Made by a program: the position numbers and the translations under genes. This document shows, one piece after another, positions 43,716 through 53,600 of a DNA stretch of 64,000 nucleotides; position 1 is the first letter of the stretch, and every line of letters starts with the position of its first letter. The DNA is from Klebsormidium nitens (lineage: Eukaryota; Plantae; Klebsormidiophyceae): assembly GCA_000708835.1 (NCBI GenBank), contig DF237140.1, forward strand, positions 62,001 through 126,000. Direction: 5' to 3'. Below the pieces are notes generated by a model. The model saw only the letters and a list, made by a program, of their open reading frames with translations, did not search any database and was not told where the DNA came from.

Positions 43716-46700
43716 CTATAGCTCTTTCTCTAGGACCCTTTTCGGAGCGCCTAAGGTCTTCATAACCTCCTCCTTCACCCCGCCAGCCAAGCCCTCTCTT
43801 ATCTCCTCCACAATCGTCTCCACTTTCTCGCGGAACCACCCCTTCTCCCTCCCGGCGATAACGGTCGCCGGCTGATTGCTCACGCACTGCTGAATTTTGG
43901 CCTTGTCTACTTGTGTCGCGGCGGCCAGAACGGAGTTGGGGACCGCCCGGTAGATCGAGTTCTTCCCCGCCAGGAAGACGGTCCCGCTCTGTAAGTACGC
44001 CGATGAGACGAAGCCGATGCCCTCCAGCTTCTTGTCGCCCACACTCTGCATACGTCATGGCTGACGTGAGCAACGCTCGCACACCTCGACGGGATTGACG
44101 TCAAGACTCGTATTCGACGACGTCACGCTTGTGACTGGGACAGAAGCGATGGCAGAAGCAAAAACAAAGTGGCGACTTGAAGCACCTGGCACATTTTGCA
44201 AGAAGATACGGTTTCTTGACGTTGCAACGCGTGTATTTACCTACTTCGTGCAGCCCCGCTCGCCTGTTTTGGTTCGAAAGATGACCAAGAGTGGAAACGC
44301 TGTCCCAGAAGAATGCCACGTGAAGGCTCGTACCAGAGCTCGATAGTCTTCAAGCTTACACCAGTACTCAGCCCTCAGCACAAGAGGAGAGCTTAATCTT
44401 TACTTTACGAGAGCGTTGATTCGGACCCAGAATTAGCATGTTGGATTCATATCCGGGGACGCTTGTCGAAGCTTGAATGATGAAAGTCTTACCTTTTGCG
44501 TTGACGGGAAGAAGCGCGGCACCACGAAGGCCTCCCCCGGTCCCAGCTCCGCGTCAGCCCCGGTCGAGCCGTCCGGCTGGGCCACCTGGTAAAAGCGACC
44601 GGGAAAAGTCACCGGTAACTCCCATTCCACCTAACAGGCGATTGACCTAAAATTGTAGTTCGAGGTGGGCAGCGGCTTAGCTTTAAAGGCTTATTCCGCT
44701 CTTGTTCCGAGCGGAACGGCTGCTCCGCCGGACTTCCGACCAAGTGACGATGCTGGCGGTGGAATTGGGGGAAGCAGAAAGATTATCTCCTTGGACAATG
44801 TTTGTTACCTGACCCAGAAGCTTAGCCGAGTCGCCCACCAAATACAAGTGCTGGCTGAACGGTGCCGCGCTTTCCTGCCGCGATCTCGAAGTGGGGACTA
44901 AACTTCTGTTCTTCTTCTTCTGAAGGGCCGTTACACTGACACATGCGTTTCACTCATCAAGCATCAATCTTTCGACGTACTGACATGAGGAACCGTGATC
45001 GGCAGACCAAGCGCGACTGCATGGTTGCTTTCGGGGCCCGAAAGGAAGCAGGACGGTCCCTGGATCCCAATACGCAGTGTAAGGTGTGATTATGAACCGA
45101 AATCCATGAGAGTGCACCTTAGCGCGAACGCGCATACCTGGACTCTGGCGCGGCCTGCAGTGATGAAGCCGAACATTGTGGCCGTGGTTTTGTAACGCGG
45201 CAGCAGCATTGCACCCTGCAAGGACGTGCGCCATTGTCAGTGCGCAATTGCCGTCAACTGCACAAGAAGAGTTTAGCTGCTAACAGGCTGGGTTAACCAA
45301 ACGTGGCTCTGGTGCTTTAACCAGTAACCAGGCTGTCATCATGTAAAGAGGGTACTTACTGCTTGAATCTGGTCATTGAATATTTAGCCGCACCTCAACC
45401 AAACATGATTAAGCGCCGACGACCCTGTGCTGTACTTCTCGCGCTCCCTTCCAGCCACTTAATAAGGACGATGTCTGAGGGATCCCCTTACTTGAAAGAT
45501 CCTCCTCCTCTGCGGAAATCCAACCGACTTTGCCCTCTGGAGAATTCTTTAGTCGAACCTTGTCATTATGAATTTTGGCCGCGATATTACTCGGTATCCC
45601 AAGAACACGCCGGGCTTATTCGCTCGCTGTAGCGCGCTTTGCCACATACTTACCGGCTTGAGACTAACTTTGACGGCCCCCAGGCTCAGGTTCTTCAGGA
45701 TCGAGAGCCGCTCGCAGTCCAGAAGGGTCACCTGCATGAGGTAGAGTGGATGATTCGAAGATGTGCAAGACGGGCTTGGGTTCCAGTTTCCAATCCTTCA
45801 AAGGTTCGAACGATCCTTGAAGTTATGTGCTTATAAAGGCGCAAAAACGCAGGTGCGGGGCACGTCATCTCTAAGATCCTTCCGAATGATGGCGCTACAG
45901 ATTAGGAGTTCACAGCCCCTCGCAAAACTTTCTATCTGGATGAAAAGTTCACCCTTTCTGAAGCCATTCTTGTTTTGATCGGGGGAACAAATATGTTTCT
46001 CAAAAGCAAAGGTATCACTGAGAAAAGGCTTCACTCGCTTCCAAGGAGCGCCGTTCTCGAATTCTCGCAGATCCTATAGCTTATTAAGCTACTTTAATCC
46101 GAAGCGCGCACCTGGCCGAAGTCGGAGGTGAAGTCCGGGTCCGCTTCGTCGACGTTGTACATAAGCCCCGAGTCGTCGTGCGCGCTGCGTTGCTTGAGCT
46201 CTTCGTCCATTGCCATCAGCTCCGCAGAGCCCAGCTTCACCAGCCCACTGCGAGAAAAAGCACTTTGACACTGGACCTATTAGATGGTGCCACGTGTACA
46301 TTCTGATTGCTTAGCATTTTAAGTTTCTCGTCCATTGCCATCAGCTCCGCAGAGCCCAGCTTCACCGGCCCACTGCGAGAAAAAGCACATTAAAATTGGA
46401 CCGATTAGATGGTGCCACGTGTACACTCTGATTGCTCCAGCATTTTAAGTTTCTCGTCCATTGCCATCAGCTCCGCAGAGCCCAGCTTCGCCAGCCCACT
46501 GCGAGAAAAAGCACATTAAAGTTGGACCGATTAGATGGTGCCACGTGTACACTCTGATTGCTCCAGCAATTTGAGTTTCTCGTCCATTGCCATCAGCTCC
46601 GCGGAGCCCAGCTTCACCAGCCCACTGCAGAGTGTAACATCGAAGGATGGAGTATCTTGTTCCGGAGCAGCATAGCATGTGCGATTGCTGCCACGTACTT

Positions 46701-49601
46701 TGGGTGTTGCTCGCGCGCGTGCCGGAAGTGGTTTACTAAGCTTATACAACATTCCTGGAATACGAATGGTCTAATAAGATCAACAAAATCTGTGTTCGCT
46801 ACTAGCACGGAGATAAAGCTTTACGTTCGTTTCTGCACATGCTCAAAATGTACTTCGAACCACGACTCAGATTTGATGGCCATCAGCCCCAGGAGAAGCC
46901 TTTGCAGATAGCCCACGCCAAAGAGACGGAGCTGGCTTTGCTCTCAGTCATTAGCGGTCGAAATTAGTCTGCGCACCTGTCGGGGGTCTTTGTCTGGATT
47001 TGCTCCACCAGGTCTTCGTCCGTGTTGAACGCCTCCGCCAAAATGTCCTTCGTGAAGCCGTGCAGAAGGCTGCTCTGTCCCGTGACCTCGCCTGCCATCA
47101 GAGGGAACACCTGAAAAAAAAGGGTTTAAGACCTAACCCACTAGTGGGGGAAACACCTGAAACAGGATATCAGACCAAAGCCACTAGTATGGGGAACACT
47201 GCAGAAAAGAAAGGTTTATGACCAAACCCACTGGCTAGTGGTTCGAAGGGTGATCAAACCGCGATGTTCCCAAAAACAGCCCGGGCAATAGGATCCGGTC
47301 AACGATTCAACCCCGAACGTAGATAACGCCTCGGACAAAAAAGAAAGTTTGTGGGTGGGTACATATGAATAGCTTGAATAGAGGTTGAAGCTTAACAACA
47401 GAACACACCCACTAGCTGACGCGGCGACTCTGTTGGCGGGGGAGCCGTTCTTTCAAGCACAAGTTCCGAGAGTGTCTAAAGATGCCATACAGCCGAAGGC
47501 CGACAACGGAACAAACGTTGTCGAAGGAGATAATCTTTCTGCTTCCCCCAATTCCACCGCCAGCATCTTCACTTGGTCGGAAGTCCGGCGGAGCAGCCGT
47601 TCCGCTCGGAACGCGAGCGGAATAAGCCGTCAAAGCGGAACCGAACGCCCACCTCGAATTTGGACAGCTCCCCGGGCACGTCCACCGGGCGAGCTGCCGC
47701 TAGCAGGGTGAACTTCTGCTCCGTGTCGTTGTTGAGGATCCACGTGGCCCAGCCAGCTGGCAGCGCGATGACGTCACCGCGGCGGAAGCGGCGGACCCCC
47801 GTCTCCTCGCCCTTGTCGTTGATGATGCCCGCGTGCGCGGTCCCTGGGCGGGTTAAGGAAGCGGTTAGAAGGGTCTGGTTTTGGCACGGGTCGGCATCGA
47901 AAAGATGGTTCAGGATGAGGTTAGTTCTGTGAGGCGGTGATGAAAACATCGAGATGGTTAGGGATTAAGAAGGGTGGTCGGACATTAACCGCCCCGCTTA
48001 TAAGCACAATCACGAAACGGATGAGTCTTATCCGATCTCGAGGAGGTGGAACATGGTGGGGCGTAGGTGAAACGAAGAGGTAGGATTCCGGCAAAGATCG
48101 AGATGCGATCGAGATGCGACAGAATGTTTTACTTCGACATAGACTTCGAAAAGTCAATATCAAGCTTCAAGGAAAGCCGGGTGATCACCGCGCAAGTGTC
48201 ATGCATTTGTGAGAAAGCCCAACATGAAGTTGCCCGCCCTAGAATCGACGTACAACTGTAGGAATCTTGGAGATGAAGCCTCCAAGACAGCAACGCGCTG
48301 GCGACTGCAAAGCTCAAGAATCAGCTTCGTGGTCGCTTGCTCCGAAAGCCACATCATAAGGTTCGCGGCGACCGTAGGTTCAAACCTGTGACCTCGAGAT
48401 CGCCGGAGAATGCTCAACTCGACGAAAGGCGAGGGACCGGTGAACAAAGAGGCGGCACGTATGCTGTCCAGTCGCCGAAGCGGTGTGTTCCAGAACGCCC
48501 CTTCACCGAACAGAATAATAACCTTCAAGATAGTAGAGCTAAGAAAAGCTGACCAACCGGAGAACCCTCCAAACCCCGTACCTTGCAGCACGGCCATGAG
48601 AAGGTCCGCGTCGGCGTAGTGCGGCGGGCGCAGCGTGCCCGGCTCCATAACTAGAATGAAGGCGGCCAAGTTTTCGTCCCTGAGCGTCTTTGTGTCCGGG
48701 CCCCATGCCGATTCGAAGCCGGCGTCCGACTTCAGGTGCTCCGCCGGGGGGCCTGGAAGGGGATTCGATGCTGAAAACGTTTAGATTCTCCGTTTAAATC
48801 CTGATTGCATGGATGTGCAATTAAATGCATTTTGGAACATAACGCTCATTTGTGTTCAAGAAAGTGCTCATTTTTTAACGTGCTGGCCTAGAAGATTTAC
48901 CGATGCTCGTCCGAATATGTCGGAAGGTAACTTGATCGACGTCAGGTACGTGGCCACATGGAACGAAGTTTGATCGAGAATTTCAACAGGAATTTAGAAA
49001 CTATCGCGCGCCCCGCCCAAATCGTGTCACTTGGAGAAGCTGCCAATAAAAAAGCGACAGAAAGAGCTGCAGCCGCACAGATTCTCCGTCTTCATATCCT
49101 TCAGGAATAAGTGTTGGTCGTTAGAGCCGCAAGGCCTTGATCTCTGGTCTTTGCAGGTGATTCTAAGCAACGCAATCCGTCTACTTCACATTCTTGTTTG
49201 ATCTGGCTTGATTAGTTTAATCTTTGTCCCGCTATACAATTTGTAGCACAATTTTGAATTGAACACAAGCAACTGCCCGGTCATGCACCGCTGTTTGAGA
49301 ATAAGTTTTGACTTTGCTGATGGGTACTCTCAACAAAAGCTCGGGTTGATTTAACTTGCATAGGGACAATGAGGCTCTGATTTGGTCGAAGTTAATATCT
49401 TGTAGAAGGTCCTGATGCTGTGAGCTTGAGCATGATTCAGAAAGGGTTTTGTCCAACAAAGTATTATAGCTGAGAACCGAGCAGATTAGAGTCACCTGGA
49501 ATGAAATCTCCAGACGTGTAGTCATACGCGCCCGCTGCAATCAAGCTTGCTAGAAGATAGCACGCCAAGAGGACATGCGCGAAGCCCCGTTTCCTCGCCA
49601 T
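43716..49601 (-). CDS. Vicilin/7S-globulin-like bicupin B (At2g28490-like) with signal peptide, ~444 aa; exons 49601-49496, 48770-48582, 47843-47653, 47110-46977, 46247-46112, 45731-45654, 45215-45138, 44585-44493, 44045-43716
   Basis: MEPGTLRPPHY, GDVIALPAG, LLHGFTKDILAEAFN, YNVDEADPDF, GAMLLP, GEAFVVPRFFP, FLAGKNSIY; 1335 nt in frame. Confidence 0.93.
44659..44806 (+). repeat. ~150-bp element in cupin B intron 7; inverted copy of 47511-47658
   Basis: GGCTTATTCCGCTC...TTCCGAGCGGAACGGCTGCTCCGCCGGACTTCCGACCAAGTGA.GATGCTGGCGGTGGAATTGGGGGAAGCAGAAAGATTATCTCCTT is shared with the reverse complement of 47511-47658. Confidence 0.92.
46205..46629 (-). repeat. Near-identical 125-126 bp tandem repeats (about 3.4 units) spanning the intron 4/exon 5 junction of cupin B
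   Basis: GTCCATTGCCATCAGCTCCGCAGAGCCCAGCTTCACC.GCCCACTGCGAGAAAAAGCAC... units start at 46205, 46330, 46456 and 46582. Confidence 0.95.
47511..47658 (-). repeat. ~150-bp element starting at the cupin B exon 3 donor; inverted partner of 44659-44806
   Basis: Begins TTCGAG|GTGGGC at the exon 3 donor; see the partner copy. Confidence 0.92.
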
Positions 49602-50648
49602 CCCTAGTTTCTAAGCTTTCCTTCTTGCAGAGGTCGTTTGACAGCACACGGTTGAGCTTTGTTTACTTTCCAAACACTGACCCGTGTCAAGCTTGAGCTG
49701 CTTTACGCAATCCTCTTCGTTTTGGTTTGTAGACTGTTCGCTCCAGGACCAATCCGAAAAGCGCCTGCTAGGCTTGTACAACAAACAGAAAGCTTCAATT
49801 CTCTGGCGGACTTCAGATTCTGGAACCGCGCCTGGCGCTTGTGTTCTGAAAGCAAGAGCTCTCGTATGAATGCAGGTGTTCAATCAAGATATTCAAGCTT
49901 CTCTTCGTCTCTTCCATTTGGAGAAGACGCAATCTGATAGCCTTGCGCCTGCACTGGTTCAGTTTATGTTTCGAGCCGACCGACCGGCCTCGAGCGAATG
50001 TCAAAGTGCCTACAGCAGCTTGTGCAGTGTATTCTTGCGCTGCCATGCGCTGGGCAGAAGGGCGGCCGCGCGTGCGCGTCAGATATTTTGCGTGCCACGT
50101 ACTCGCATGCATCGTACACGTATATGTACTGAAGAGATATTCACTTTCTATCGGCCGCTGCATGACGCATGTAAGCCCCTCTAGCGATCAAAATGTTTTC
50201 TTCGCATCCGAATGCTGAGCCAAAGCATTCGAATGCTGAGCCAAAGATAATTTAAGATCAATGGAAGTTAACCGTTCTTTCCTTCAGACAGTGCCTCTTT
50301 CTTCAACGAACTGTTCTCGAAAAGACACCGCCCAGAGGATATCGCAGAGAGACGCTCTGCCCCGCCGCCGCTCAAGTTTGCCCACAATTGAAAGCAAGCT
50401 CGCTGCCGAAAAACCTTGGAACTCAGGCTACTTCTCAGGGGCCTCTCTTGTCAGAGCTGGGCGCGGTGCACTTTTAAGATTGCTGTGCAAGCAATCCTTT
50501 GATAGTAGTTTTCTGCGGGCTTTCCTCTTCCGTTTCAAGGGGGCTTCGACACAATAATTTGGCTCAGCATCCTCTTTTAGAGCTTTACAGACCTAAGTCG
50601 AGCGCCCAAGTAAAAAGCAAGTGAATAGAGACCCGCTGAAAAGTAAAG
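49602..50648. promoter_or_regulatory. Putative bidirectional promoter between the two cupin genes, with an ABRE (GTACGTGGC on the minus strand, 50094-50102), an RY element (CATGCAT, 50106-50112) and CE3-like CGCGTG (~50069-50074)
   Basis: Divergent ATGs at 49601 and 50649; the motifs are read directly; their function is inferred. Confidence 0.6.
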
Positions 50649-53600
50649 ATGGCGTCCACAAGGTTGACCTTCGAGCATGTGCTGTTGGCGTGCTCTCTTC
50701 TGGTTTGCTTGGTGTCCGTGGTGGCGTATCATGGGTACACATCCGGGGACTTCGTTCCAGGTAAGGTTTGGCATGTTCGAAACGGGTTTGGTTGCTGGGC
50801 TTCTTTCCTCAGGCGCTTACGCAGTTTTGCATGGAGATCTTGAAGCAAGTCAGACAAAGTTGAGAAACTGAAAGGCATATTTCGAAAAGCTAGCAGCATT
50901 TTTGCGTGATCTGAAACCAGAAGTGTAGCTTTTTATTTGTATCTGATAAGGCATGCGATTCATAAGCATGCCAAAGAGATCTAATTGCTTGATTCCTTTC
51001 TTTCGAAGCTCTCAGAAGTGAGGCTGATGATTTTCAAACAAAGCTTCGAGCAGGTCCGGAACCTCTGCCCTTTCCTTGATGACTCAGGATATGTGTTTGT
51101 GCCAATCTGTCCCTATCATCTGAGCCCTTGATCCTGCAAGCAACATGAAAAAGCCTTTAGCAAAGTTTAATCTTAACCTATGAAAAAGAAACCTTCAGAA
51201 ACTTTGTCGAAGTGACAGCAAACACCTACTTCTGCAGGCCAGCCGTCCGAATATATGAAGTCGGACGGCGGCTTCGAGTCCAACTGGGGCTCGGACACGG
51301 ACACCAAGCCGCTCATCGACGAGGACTTCGGCACGTGGATCCTGGTCATGGAGCCGTCCACGCTGCGCCCGCCGCACTTCGTCGACGCGCACATGCTCAT
51401 GGCCGTGCTGCAAGGTGCCCATTCTACGTTCTGATTTCGGCCTGCCTTTAGACTTTTGCTGTTTCTTGTTGTAGTGGTTTACACGTCTGCCCCACTTCCC
51501 AAATATTTTCCTTTCTAAGGTCTGCAGTTTTCGTCACCAGAAGTCTCTTGAAGGAGATAACGTTGACAATTGGGGCCATCAGAAAATCTGGGATCTCCCG
51601 CCCTGCATTCCATTCGCTTTACATCCCCTCTCGTCATTGCTAACAGATTACGTCACCCTTACGCAGGCACCGACCACGGTGGCTTTCATCAACGATCAGA
51701 GCGAGGAAACCGATTCGATACCCCTTTCCAGCAGCGCATCTCGCCGTTTATCATGCCCTGTTTGCTTCTCGTCTGCTTCGTTCTTCAAGCATCTCAGTCC
51801 AATTCATTCTTTCTTTAAAACACTTTAACCTCTTTGACTAACCCTCAGGCACCGCGCGCGCGGGCATCCTCAACGACAAGGGCGAGGAGACGGGCGTCCG
51901 CAGCTTCCGTCGCGGTGACGTCATCGCGCTGCCAGCTGGGCACGCCGTGTGGATCCTCAACAACGACACGCAGCAGAAGTTCTCCATGCTTGGGGGAGTG
52001 CGCCCGGTGACAGTCCCCCGGGAGCCGTCCAAGTGGGAGGTGGGTCACTAAAAATACTTGGTTATCCTGTTTTAAGTTGCCCGGTGATTCGGTTGGGATC
52101 TGCGAGCCGTCCAAGTGGGAGGAGGGTCACTGCGAAAGCTTAAATCTTGGGCTTTTCGAACGCTTGGTGCTTGTGTCCTGCGACCAGGCCACGTGGGTAG
52201 GACTTTGCTTTTTGTTTCATCAACGTTTGCCTGTTTACAACTCCGCAGGAGTTGTTGAGATTGGGTCGGTGATCTGAGTCAGTATTAAAAACGCATCAGT
52301 TCCTGGTTTTCTTTGTTAGGGATTCGCCAGATTGCTGCTCCGATAATGTGCGCACCTTTCTTCCAAAGGTCTCCGCATCAGCTTCGGGAATCACACATTT
52401 CCCTGGAAATATTGTTCTGGCGAATCGTGGAGCAGATACTGCCCAAGATATCTCGAACAGCGTCCTCGGATCTTCTCTCCTACTGGAGCCATCCAATGGC
52501 GAAAATGTAATGAAAATTCGCGAGGTGGCCCGGACAAACCTGAACTTCGCTTCACCTGTTGCAGTCTCGTTGTCGACAACCAGCTGACATCGAAGTCCGT
52601 GACACACGGTGCCTAGCGAATATCCTGATGAGCCCATTCACTCGACCTCTGAGGGCACGCATTTTTATAAGCAGCCCACTTATTAAAACCCTAGAATTCG
52701 AAGAACCAAAATTGAAACATCCTTTTGCAGGCTTTTCCGCTGGTGGCCGGTGAGGTGAGCGGAAAGAAGAGCATCCTGCACGGCTTCACCAAGGACGTTC
52801 TGGCGGAGGCGTTCAACGTGGACGAGGGCCTCGTGGAAGACGTCCGCTCCAAGGCGCCGGAAACGTGAGCCAGCCGGAGCTAGAACAATCTAAGATCACT
52901 TGGTCATTCAATTGGTCCCTAGCCAGCCATTTCAAAGTTGAGATGCTTGGAGTTGATCACGTGCGCGAGCTGCGAGCGATTAATAAAGATTGAGGACGTG
53001 CGCAAACTTTCAACGCGGTGTCCGGTGAGGATCTGGAACGGGATCCGAAAGGATGGGCGCAGCGAATCTGATGGCGAACCCTTCAGTAAACTAGCGCAAG
53101 CAAGCAGTTGGTTTGTACGTGCATTTAACCTCTGTCCGCTTCGATCCCAATCCCTCTCGAGTTCCGTTTCCGTTTCCGCTTCCGCTTCCGATCCGGTACT
53201 AAGACTGGATAAGCTGAGCGCGGCGAGCTGCTGGGAAATGGTCAAGCCTGCGCGAGCAGTAAGACCATCGTCTGACCCGTGATAACTCCCGCTCTCATTA
53301 GATTTCCGATTCTACGTTCTCCTGCAGCGTATTGATAGAGCTGGGCACGGCGGAGATGCTAGCAAAGGAGCACGAGCTGAGCATACGCAAGCAACCAGAC
53401 ACTCCTATAAACGAAGTCCAGTCTCATTTCCTTCCTGTTCCGTTCCGCAGCGGACTATCAAGCTGGGCGCGGCGGAGCTGCTGGCGATGGAGCACGAGCT
53501 GAGCCTGCGCGAGCAGCAGAGCCCGCACAAGGACGACGGCTACATCTACAACATCGACAAAGCGGATCCCGACTACGAAGCCGAAGGCGGCCAGGTGCGA

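Noticed and set aside
43716-43730. C-terminal EKEL of cupin B as an ER-retention signal
   Set aside because: It does not match [KRHQSA]-[DENQ]-E-L, and paralogue A ends differently.
46205-46629. CRISPR-like array interpretation of this and other tandem repeats
   Set aside because: Units are long, lack unique spacers, copy exon-intron junctions and lie in eukaryotic introns; no cas genes are present.
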